Shown: positions 22,648-31,327 of the stretch, in pieces
How the letters are laid out: each line of letters starts with the position of its first letter
Numbering within the stretch: position 1 is the first letter of the stretch
DNA from: an uncultured Gemmatimonadaceae bacterium
Lineage (GTDB): Bacteria; Gemmatimonadota; Gemmatimonadetes; Gemmatimonadales; Gemmatimonadaceae
DNA: 64,000 nt
Direction of reading: 5' to 3'
Assembly (NCBI GenBank): GCA_963781585.1
Contig: CAWAGQ010000006.1
Location: forward strand, 384,001 to 448,000
Translations under genes and position numbers: made by a program
The notes under the pieces: model-generated
The model's database searches: none
What the model saw: only the letters and a program-made list of their open reading frames with translations
Told to the model about the DNA's origin: nothing

Positions 22648-23127
22648 CTACCACGGATCGAAATCCGCCTTGCGGGTCCCGTGAGCACGACTGTACGTCC
22701 CGCGCACGTAACGTACCTGAAAGCGATGCCCCGCCAGGTGGAGGGTGTGTGTCTTCAGGAGGTCCAGCCCGGACACGTCATAGCGCCCGAAGTAGCTGAG
22801 TTGTCGAGCGAGATCATTGTCGTCCAGACCGGCGAGCCGGGCCCGGTATCGCGCGCGCGCCGCGCCGAACCTCGCGATCAGCTCCGGAATCGTCCCGTCG
22901 AGGTACACCGTCGGATCCCGATCGAGGCGATAGCGCCCTTCCCGGCCCAGCGCATCATGCGCCCATTCCTCGAACCACGCGAGATGGCCGACAAGCCAGC
23001 GCACGCTGTTCGCGGACGGGTGCGGGTGCCAATCGGCTTCGGCTTCCGAAATACCAGTCAGGTTCTGTTGCAGCAGGCTCCACATCTGCTCGTCCATCTC
23101 GTCGAGCGGCTTCACAGGTGGCAGCAT
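22648..23127 (-). CDS. DinB-family protein
   Basis: ANSVRWLVGHLAWFE and H..HLAGH..Q metal-binding pattern. Confidence 0.8.
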   Translation of the reverse strand: MLPPVKPLDEMDEQMWSLLQQNLTGISEAEADWHPHPSANSVRWLVGHLAWFEEWAHDALGREGRYRLDRDPTVYLDGTIPELIARFGAARARYRARLAGLDDNDLARQLSYFGRYDVSGLDLLKTHTLHLAGHRFQVRYVRGTYSRAHGTRKADFDPW

Positions 23128-23194
23128 GGCGCCTCGTTAAAGGGCGTGGTGGTCCAACGCGGACTGGGCTGCTGACTCACGGAGACCGACTGGC

Positions 23195-23228
23195 GGCGCT
23201 GCGCCCCCCTGACGGGAAGCGCAGCGCC
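23195..23228 (-). terminator. GC-rich hairpin downstream of the Ig-repeat lipoprotein gene
   Basis: GGCGCTGCGC...GCGCAGCGCC, 10-bp perfect arms, 20 nt after the stop. No clear U-tract. Confidence 0.45.
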
Positions 23229-23247
23229 CATGCAGTGCGGAGACCGC

Positions 23248-25422
23248 TTACTTCGTCCCCGAGAGCTGCGTCGTCCGGATTGTCGTCCCCTCGGTGCACT
23301 GGTTGCCGGCAATCGCGGCCGCCGACGTCGCGTCCAGAGACCACTCAATCGTCTGCCCGGTGGGCGGCGCCCAGCTGTTGTTCCAACCCGCGACGCCGCT
23401 GAAATCGGGCGTGGCGAGCGTGTTGGTCGCGCCGCTGAGAACGGACCCCGACGCGCCGACCGTCACCTGGTGCGCGTCACCGATGTCGTTGTACGTCAGA
23501 CTGGCGAACGGCGCGACCAGATCGGTCGGCGCGTTGAACATGACTTGTGCCATGGTGTACGCCGCGCCCGACGTTGTCACCGAGACGCCGCTGAGCAGGG
23601 CCGGGAGCGTGATGCTTCGGTCGCCAAAGGTGTGGAAGCTCTCCGCGTCCGCGCGATACGACGTGTTGGTGGACGCCTGGACGAACAATCCGTGATAGTC
23701 AGTCGCCGTCTGCCTGGCCGCCGGGAAGCCGTAGGCGGTGAACGTCGCGGGCAGCGACGTCGCCGACCAGAGCGTCGCCAGGTGGCACGCGGCATCAGTG
23801 AGGTAGAGCAAACCGGCGCTCAGGGTTTCGCCGCCACCCGGATTGGTGATCGTCATGGTCGCCGGCATGGGTGCGAACGAGTTCGCCCCGTTGAAGTCGA
23901 GCGTGCCGAGCGAGAGTCCGTTCGACGCCATGATGCCGCGCTGCGCGTAGGCGCGGTCGGTGGCCGAAAGGGCGCCGATGCTCTGGCGATACCCTACCAG
24001 ATCCCACGTTCCGTCGGGAACATGGTTGAACGTCACGTTGGGTGCGAAGGAGAACGCTGTCGCGGGGACGCCGCCGTAGCCGAACGAGGCGAAGTCCGTG
24101 AGGCCGAGGCCCGCGACGGTGCCGGTGACCGTGTTCGACCCGGTCGTCACGCTGGCGCAGAAGACGATGGTGTTGTTGGTAAGGTCGGCCTTGCTGCCGT
24201 ACTGCACAGAGATCTGGAACGATCCCGCGCTCCCCGTGACGTACGCGTAGGCGCCAGTCGCCGAGTTCAGCGTGTACTGGTAAACGTGATTGGTGCCGGT
24301 GAGCATCGTCCACGCCCCGTTGCCGTCCTGTGCCGCCAGCCAGATCGGCTGCTGATCCGGATCGCACGCCGAGAAATCCGCCGTCACGAGATTCCCGCCG
24401 CCGCCGCCGCCCGTGATGGTGAGCCCGACGTTGGTCTGCGCCACGGTGGATCCCGACGTGCCGGTGGCGGTGACTGTGAACGTTCCGGGCGTCGCGCTGC
24501 CGGACGCGGTCAGGGTAAGTGAGGTGGAGGTGCCGGACGTGCTGGTCGGGTCGAACGTCGCCGTCACACCGCCGGGCAGGCCCGAGGCGCTGAAGGCAAT
24601 CACGCCGCTGAAGCCGCCCGTTCGCGTGACGGTGATCGTCGTCGCCGCGTGCGCGCCCTGCGCGATGCTGAGGGACGTGGGCAGCGCCGCGAGGGTGAAG
24701 CCCGCTGGCGCCGTCACCGTGAGGACGATCGTCGTCGTGGCGTCTGAGACGCCGGTGCCGGAGCCTTTCACGGTGAGGTTGTAGGTATTGGCGGCGACCG
24801 AGGCGCCCACGGTGACGGTGGCGGTCGAGGTCGTACCCGTCACGTCCGCCGGATTGAACGACACCGTTACGCCCGTGGGCAGGTCCCTGGCCGTGAGGTT
24901 GACGGTCCCGGTGTAGTTGCTGCGCGAAATGGTGATGGTCACCGGGCCACTCCCGGAGGGCGCGAGCGATACGCTTCCGGCAGCGAGGCTGATGCTCGCG
25001 GTGCCGGTGGCGGTCACGGTCAGGCTGAAGGTCGCGGTGGCGTCGGTGACGCCGCTCCCCTTGACGCGAATCGTGAGCGGATACGAGCCGGTCGCGACGG
25101 CGTCGCCGATGGTCAGGGTGATGGTGGCGGACGTGGAGGTGCCGTCGGAACTGGTCTGGACGTTCGAGGCCGAGCCGCTGGCCCCGGTGGGCGCCCCTTC
25201 GACCGAAAAGGTCAGGGTGCCGGTGTATCCACCACCGCGCGCCACGGAGACGCTGAACTGCGAGGAACTCCCCTGGGCGATGGAGCCGGAAGAGGAGCCG
25301 AGGTGTAGCGTGATCGTGTAATTGGTGCCGGTGACCTTGTCGCCGCCGCCCGAACTGCAGCCCTGGACTCCGAACACCACAGCGCCTAACGCCAACGCAC
25401 AACCCGACAGACGGCGAGACAT
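23248..25422 (-). CDS. Ser/Thr-rich surface lipoprotein with three Ig-like repeats and an unknown C-terminal domain
   Basis: Lipobox VQGC. Three ~100-aa repeats (R.GG(Y/F).G...(L/A)P.G...), a G6 linker, then a ~390-aa beta-rich domain. Confidence 0.85.
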   Translation of the reverse strand: MSRRLSGCALALGAVVFGVQGCSSGGGDKVTGTNYTITLHLGSSSGSIAQGSSSQFSVSVARGGGYTGTLTFSVEGAPTGASGSASNVQTSSDGTSTSATITLTIGDAVATGSYPLTIRVKGSGVTDATATFSLTVTATGTASISLAAGSVSLAPSGSGPVTITISRSNYTGTVNLTARDLPTGVTVSFNPADVTGTTSTATVTVGASVAANTYNLTVKGSGTGVSDATTTIVLTVTAPAGFTLAALPTSLSIAQGAHAATTITVTRTGGFSGVIAFSASGLPGGVTATFDPTSTSGTSTSLTLTASGSATPGTFTVTATGTSGSTVAQTNVGLTITGGGGGGNLVTADFSACDPDQQPIWLAAQDGNGAWTMLTGTNHVYQYTLNSATGAYAYVTGSAGSFQISVQYGSKADLTNNTIVFCASVTTGSNTVTGTVAGLGLTDFASFGYGGVPATAFSFAPNVTFNHVPDGTWDLVGYRQSIGALSATDRAYAQRGIMASNGLSLGTLDFNGANSFAPMPATMTITNPGGGETLSAGLLYLTDAACHLATLWSATSLPATFTAYGFPAARQTATDYHGLFVQASTNTSYRADAESFHTFGDRSITLPALLSGVSVTTSGAAYTMAQVMFNAPTDLVAPFASLTYNDIGDAHQVTVGASGSVLSGATNTLATPDFSGVAGWNNSWAPPTGQTIEWSLDATSAAAIAGNQCTEGTTIRTTQLSGTK

Positions 25423-25740
25423 GACAGGATCTCCGGAAGCCCGGACGGCGGCCGGCGGCCCACGACGCGGCCCGACGAACCAGCAGCGGGTAAGGTGGAT
25501 GCGAACGAACGTTTAGTCGACGCCCGGCGTCGGGCCCCGAAAGTGGTGCAGCCAGACCACTGTGGCAGCGCCAGGATAAACGGGAGATTAACATATGGCT
25601 TGAGGCGTACTCGACCGCAAGCTGCCGACCGCGGCCTTAAGCGAGGTGGCGTGGCCGTCTCGACTCGGCGGAATGCGGCGACGCCCGTAGCATGCGTTGG
25701 GCAGGAGTTCGCCGATCGAGTCGCGGCGCCGCAGCAGTAT

Positions 25741-26292
25741 GCCAACGAAACCGGTCGGTGATCGGCGTGGTGAGAAACGCGGGAATGAGTGGAATCGCGC
25801 CGTTCCACACGCGCGCTGCGACTGCGGAAACCCGCTGAACCACGTCGGCCGTGAACTGAGACCTGTGGCACGCCATCGAGCGTGCAGACGACTGGAGATC
25901 TGCCGGGGTGAACGGCACCTGCACCGTGGCATACCGCGCGTCCGGCACAAGGAGGGGCGGTTCGCCACGCTGCGGGTTCATCGCGCGGATTGCTTCAGCG
26001 GGCAGATACAGCGCGCCTCTTCCGTTCGCGCACGGACGAGGTCCTGAGTGGGCGGCGCTGTGTCCCCCCGCGCAGCGGCGAAGCCGGTGCCTTGTCCGCC
26101 ATCGGTCGCAATCAGCAGATGGACCTGCACGCCTTCGCGCGCGTAACGAGACAGGATAGGTGCGGCGGGATCCTCGTCGTCAGCATGGGCCAGCACCGCC
26201 ACGAGTGTTCTGGGTCCAGTCGATTGCGAAAGGGACACGGCGGGGATGAAGAGCAACGGCGCGGCGATGACGACTGAAGTCAACGGGTACAT
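25741..26292 (-). pseudogene. PIG-L/LmbE deacetylase with an internal deletion
   Basis: Signal peptide, VLAHADDE, ATDG, R.EEARC, joined out of frame near 26010 to the C-terminal part MACHRSQF. The central HxDH region is missing. Confidence 0.78.
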
Positions 26293-26324
26293 GGTGCGCT
26301 CCTGGGGCCGCAAAGAACGGCGTG

Positions 26325-26372
26325 CCCTGGTCGGGAACGTCGCCGTGGCATGAAGAAGATGTACTTGTTCAT
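26325..26372 (-). pseudogene. Tiny 5' relic, possibly YciI-like
   Basis: ATG 26372 reads MNKYIFFM; with one base removed it continues HGDVPDQG. Follows an attC-like half-site. Confidence 0.3.
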
Positions 26373-26477
26373 CCGTGCGCGTTCCTGGAGAGCGGCGTTT
26401 CGCCCTACGTCTGCGCTCAGCCGCGACGGAAGATCATGGGAAGCGCACCGCCGGCGTCGCCGTGCTGTGCGGGGCGT

Positions 26478-27716
26478 CTAACGCACCACTCTCGCATTGT
26501 GGACGCCCGGAGCCAGAAACACCCGGATCGCGTGATCTCCCAGGCCTACCTCGGCCACATCGGCCACGCCGTCGCCGTCGAAGTCGCGTACGCCAAGTGA
26601 CGCCGGTGCCGGACCCGACGGTACGCTCACCGGATCTTCGAACGAGCCGTCACCCCGGCCATACAGCAGAGACAGGGTGCCGTGCTCCAGGTTCGCCGCA
26701 ACGGCGTCGAGCCTCCCGTCTCCGTTCAGGTCGCCTAACGCCACGTCGACGGGTGAGGGCAGTGGGATCACCACGGCGTCGCTGAACCCCGAGGCCGCCC
26801 CGAGTCGGACCACGAGCTGGTTGGTGAAGCCGTAACACGCGATCACCAGATCGTCGCGGCCGTCGGCATTGAGATCGCCGACCGCCAACGCGATGGTGCC
26901 GTCGGTGCCCGGGTTGGATGACACTGGAGGAACGATGGTCGGTGCACCAAACTCGCCCGTGCCGCGCCCGTGAAACACGAGGGCGGCGGCCTGCGGATCG
27001 CCTACGGCAACCGCCACATCCGCCAGGCCGTCGCCGTCGAAGTCACCCGCCGCGACGTCGACGGTCGTGAAGTACGGAGTTCCCATCTCCCACACCCGCC
27101 GCAGTTCCCCGGTGGCGGAGCCCAGGTAGGCCGTGACATACACCGGCGCGCCCGAGCCGTCGTGGACCGCGACGACGTCGTCGAACCTGTCGCCGTTCAG
27201 GTCTGCGACGACAACGCGACTCCCGTGATTGCGGAGGGAATACCGCACTGGCGCGCCGAACTGGGCGCCGCCCAGGCCGAGGCGAACGTTGAGCGCGTTG
27301 TCGTGGCCGATCACCAGCAAGTCGGGAATTCCGTCGCCGTTCACATCGCCGACCGCGGCCTGACGAGCGTCGCTCTCGGCGGGGAGCGCGATCACCTGCC
27401 CGAAGCCGCTCACATGGTCGCCGGGCAGAATCCGGATCGAGAGATCGCTCCGCGCGATTGCGATCAAGTCTGGGCGCGCGTCGCCGACCACGTTCAGGGC
27501 GGTCAGGTTGACCAGGGTGCTGGCGCCGACGTCGTAGACACCCGCTGGTTGCGGTAGAGGATGCGGACCGGGAGATGCCGGATCGCGCGCGCATGCCACC
27601 AGAGCGAGCGAGACCAGGGCGCCGAGCGAGGCCAGCCCTTGTGTTCCGCGACCCCTCACTGTGCCCGCATGCTCCGCCACGAACCCCTCCCCAGTTTGGT
27701 ACGGGTCGCCGGCCAT
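26478..27716 (-). CDS. FG-GAP/VCBS-repeat lipoprotein
   Basis: Lipobox LVAC. Six to seven (G/A)D(L/F/V)(N/D)GDG..D repeats. Start uncertain. Confidence 0.9.
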   Translation of the reverse strand: MAGDPYQTGEGFVAEHAGTVRGRGTQGLASLGALVSLALVACARDPASPGPHPLPQPAGVYDVGASTLVNLTALNVVGDARPDLIAIARSDLSIRILPGDHVSGFGQVIALPAESDARQAAVGDVNGDGIPDLLVIGHDNALNVRLGLGGAQFGAPVRYSLRNHGSRVVVADLNGDRFDDVVAVHDGSGAPVYVTAYLGSATGELRRVWEMGTPYFTTVDVAAGDFDGDGLADVAVAVGDPQAAALVFHGRGTGEFGAPTIVPPVSSNPGTDGTIALAVGDLNADGRDDLVIACYGFTNQLVVRLGAASGFSDAVVIPLPSPVDVALGDLNGDGRLDAVAANLEHGTLSLLYGRGDGSFEDPVSVPSGPAPASLGVRDFDGDGVADVAEVGLGDHAIRVFLAPGVHNARVVR

Positions 27717-27991
27717 CCCGTCGACAGGTTGCCGATCATTGCAGCGGAATCAGGCGATCGTGGCCGAAGTTCCCCGGATAGTTACCGGCGCGGGAATCCC
27801 GGCCCCGATGCGCTCCGGGGAGCGGCGGGCATCGTGCACCTTGTCGCGGACGGCATCGACGGCGATAGTGTGTCCGCTGAAGCGGTGATACCGAGGGGAA
27901 CAAGGATCTCGCGGTGCTGTCTTCGCGCCCAGGCTGGGAGCGTCGGGATCCGTCCCCTCGGCCGCTCCGGCCATCCAACTCCCTTCCCGCG

Positions 27992-28438
27992 ATGAACCCG
28001 GACCAAGAAGACCTGACCGTCGGCCTGGAGGATGGCGGCGGAATCCTGTGCATCCGCAACCCGGATGTTCACCGGGGATGGAACGGCATCCGCTATCGCA
28101 CCGGCATGTCGGCGAAGAACGTCGGCGCGCGGAGCCTGTCCATGAATGTCGCGACCGTGCCTCCCGGGGCGGTGGCGTACGCCCACCTGCACGACGGCTT
28201 TGAGGTGATGCTCTTCATCCTCGAAGGACGGGTGCGCCACGAGTACGGCGATGGGCTCAGGGAATCCATGGAGAATGGTCCCGGCGACTTCATCTTCATA
28301 CGCCCGGGAGTTCCCCACGAGGTGCTGAACCTGAGCGACGAGGAGCCCGTTGTGGCGGTGGTGGCACGCTCCGATGCGTCGGAGTGGTCGAACATCATCG
28401 ACTACCCGTCACCGCGAAGGCCACCGGCCGGAGGCTGA
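27992..28438 (+). CDS. Cupin-domain protein
   Basis: AHLHDGFE...ILEG, GPGDFIFIRPGVPH. Confidence 0.88.
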   Translation: MNPDQEDLTVGLEDGGGILCIRNPDVHRGWNGIRYRTGMSAKNVGARSLSMNVATVPPGAVAYAHLHDGFEVMLFILEGRVRHEYGDGLRESMENGPGDFIFIRPGVPHEVLNLSDEEPVVAVVARSDASEWSNIIDYPSPRRPPAGG

Positions 28439-30382
28439 TCACGCGCCCGCGGTACCAGACCGTGCTCCGCGCTCGCTTCCCGCAGCATCTCCGCCACGTG
28501 CCTGTGGCCCTTCATTTCTGCCCAGGCCAGGGGGACGGACCACCGGGCCCCCGACGCGACGGGGTCGGCGCCGCGCTCGAGCAATAGCTCGACCATCGCG
28601 CTCTGTCCGCGTCGGGCGGCCACGCCGAGGGGAGTGGAACGGTACTCGTCGTCAATGCCATCGATATCCGCGCCATGCGCGAGCAGCAGTTTCGCCTTGG
28701 CGAGCTCCCCCTCGGCGGCCATGTGATGGAGCAGCGTGAACCGGTGCCAGTTCATGTGGTTGGGGTCCATGCCGTGCTCCAGCAGGAAGGCGGCGGTCGC
28801 CTCGTGCTTGAAGTAGTAGTACGGCGCCCATTTCGACACCGGCGGCACCCGGGCGCCGAGTCGAAGGAGCATCGCGATGACGTCGTGCCGCCCCTCACGC
28901 GCGGGACCGGCGAGGATGCCGTCCCCCCAGCCCGCCTCGTCGTCATGGACCCAGTGCAGGTTGGCGCGCAGCAGTCGCTCCGCCTCGTCCAGCTTTCCCG
29001 CCTGCGCGAGTTGCGCGACCTGATCGCGGCCGGACGCCTCCCGCTGTCGTCCGCCGTGTCGGCGGAGGAGCTCCGTGAGCTCGGAGTCCTTTCTTTCCGC
29101 CTGCGACATGGGTGTGCCGCACGAGTCGACGTCTGCGTTCGGATCGGCGCCGTGCGCCAGCAGCAGGCGGGCGATTTCGCGCTCACGATCGTTCACGGCG
29201 ATCCAGAGCGACAGCCCGCGCGGCGCGCCCTCCTCGGGCAGGTTCGGATCCGCGCCGTGCTCGAGCAGCAATCGCGTCATCGCGAGATCGCGCCGGCGCA
29301 CGGCCGCCGAGAGCACGCGATGATGGCAGGTGTCCTCGAAGTCGGCGACCGAGCGGTCGCGGGCCAGCGCGTCGCGCACGAACTGCTCGTCGCCGCGGAG
29401 TGCGGCGATGAAGATCGTGTAACGCGCCCCCCGTGACAGAAGCAACGTCGCGATCTCCTCGCGCGGACCCAGCATGACCTGGAAGAACCAGTTGGGCATC
29501 AGGGCGCAGTGCACCGGTCGATACCCGTCCCCACGGACGGCGTCGACGTTCGCGCCCGCGGCGAGCAGCGCGCGAACGACCTGCAGGTGCCCGCCCTTGG
29601 CGGCGTGATGAAGGGCGGTGTCGCCCGTTTCGTTGCTGGCTCGAGCGAGCGCGGGGTCGCGGGCGAGCTCGGTCCCGACCCCGGCGAGGTCGCCCCGTCG
29701 CGCCGCCTCGATGATCGCGTGCGTCGCCCGAGGCGACGGCGAACCGGCGTGTCAGGCGCCGGCGCAGGACGTCGGCCAGCTCCTCATGACCGCGATCCTC
29801 GGCGAAGGTCAGCAGCGATTCCTGGAAGGGATAGCTGCGGTATGCCGGATCGGCACCGTGGTCCAGGAGAAACGTGGCGACGTCGCGCTGTCCTTCACGC
29901 GCCGCGAAGTGGATTGGCGGCGTGTAGTTGTACTCGACGGTCGCGAGCGCGGGATGGCGCGTCACGAGTTCCTTCACCGTGGTGATGTCACCCTCGCGCG
30001 CCGCGGCGAACATGGCGAAGACATCGTCCGTTGGCAGGTCCGTTCCATCGGCGAGCGTCCAACGCCGACCGGTCGAGAGCTCCACCGGACGAATGAGCGG
30101 CCGCAGAACGAACCCGCCGCCGGTGACGGTCTCCACATGGTGCACCAGCTTCGGCCAACTCGGGAAACCGAACTCGCGCGCGATCGCGAGTTGCGCGTCG
30201 GCGAGGGTGATCCGTGCGCCGCGACCGATGGCCGCCACACGCGCGCCCGCGTCTCCGCCGCGCGCGTCGTGAAGCAGGTCCTTGGCTTGCTTGCGGAGCT
30301 GCTCGAGCGACGGGCGCTCGGGGAGGGGCCGCGGCGCAGCGGGCGAGCCGCCATCGCCACCGCGTGAGGGGGAGGGGGACAT
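28402..30382 (-). CDS. Ankyrin-repeat protein with a small N-terminal helical domain; single frameshift near 29726
   Basis: N-terminal LPERPSLEQLRKQAKDLL...LADAQLAIAREFGFPSWPKL. Ankyrin repeats run to RFAVASG, then continue after one extra base as THAIIEAARRGD...GDTALHHAAKGGH and join ORF 28402..29514. Confidence 0.85.
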
Positions 30383-30501
30383 GAGATCTCCTTTCGATGC
30401 GCCCGTGTCCGCAGGTCGGGCTGAAAGAAGATCGGGATCCGACTGCCGTGTTTCGTCAGGTGGGCTCTGCCCTGCCCGCGGACGGGGTGCGCCCTGCGCG
30501 C
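30383..30501 (-). ncRNA. Putative structured cis-regulatory 5' leader of the ankyrin gene
   Basis: Long-range stem GUCCGCGGG (30483-30475) / CCUGCGGAC (30415-30407) encloses hairpins GGG-CAGAG-CCC and GUCGG-AUC-CCGAU and closes just before the RBS AAAGGAG. Confidence 0.55.
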
Positions 30502-30507
30502 TTGCCC

Positions 30508-30537
30508 ATCCTAAGACGGATGGCCGCTCGCCGTCAA
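30508..30537 (-). promoter_or_regulatory. Sigma70-like promoter of the ankyrin gene
   Basis: TTGACG (30537-30532), 18-nt spacer, TAGGAT (30513-30508). Confidence 0.6.
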
Positions 30538-30638
30538 GCGAGGGCCCATCTGGTCATTGCGGGGATACCGTCTGGCTGGAGTCGTCAAACTGATTGACCC
30601 CGAGTCCCGGTCCTGGTCTGGACGGCGGAGAGAGGTCC

Positions 30639-30668
30639 GCCTAACGCCATTCCGATCTGCTGCGGGGA
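30639..30668 (-). repeat. attC-like right half-site
   Basis: Minus strand CCCCGCAGCAGATCGGAATGGC-GTTAGGC downstream of the DUF4019 gene. No matching RYYYAAC left end found. Confidence 0.45.
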
Positions 30669-30763
30669 GCCCTCATGCGACTCTCGCCGCAGTCGCGCGG
30701 CGCCCGCCGCGCGCACTGAAGAGCGCCGACTACGGCACCAGCTGCCTGGGGCGCCGGTCCCTG

Positions 30764-31117
30764 TCACCGAATGAAATAACCAGAGACGCGCCAGGTGCCG
30801 TCAACGTCGCGCATCGGTGTGACCGTCTCGACGGCGGAGCGTTTGTGTTCAAACTGCGTGTCGAACTGGAAGACAACGTACTCCCCGTCAGGAGCGCCCG
30901 GGAGCTCGGTCGCTGGGCGCGCTTCCCTGAGCGTGCGCACCACCAGTGCTCCGAGGGGTTCGCGTGCGGCGGCGAGGGAACGGGCCCACTGGGTCTCCGG
31001 GACGGCCCGCCGAAAGAGCGAGGCGGCAGCCTCCCACGTGCCGGCCGCATCGGCGGCGTCGGCCCGGGCGAGCCAGTCACGCGCGGCCTGCTCGGCCTCA
31101 GGATCGTATTCAGCCAT
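30764..31117 (-). CDS. DUF4019-family protein
   Basis: AARDWLARAD, REPLG, LPGAPDGEYVVFQFDTQF, ETVTPM, WRVSGYFIR. Confidence 0.88.
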   Translation of the reverse strand: MAEYDPEAEQAARDWLARADAADAAGTWEAAASLFRRAVPETQWARSLAAAREPLGALVVRTLREARPATELPGAPDGEYVVFQFDTQFEHKRSAVETVTPMRDVDGTWRVSGYFIR

Positions 31118-31327
31118 TGCTGTCTCCGCTCTTCACATGTGAAGCGGGGGGCCCGCGCCCGCCACCTCACCTCACTACGGCAGATCCCTTCTCGTGGCCA
31201 TTGCCTTCGCGATCAGCGCGCCGTGGACACGCACCTCGACATCGGTGAGCGCGTCAGCCACGATGCCTTCCTTCGACGGCGGTGGATCATGTCCGGAGTG
31301 GAATCGCGCGTCGGGCCCGTCAGCCGG

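Noticed and set aside
25670..25705. Minus-strand GCCCAAC after the PIG-L relic as an attC left end
   Set aside because: No complementary arm or GTTRRRY found downstream.
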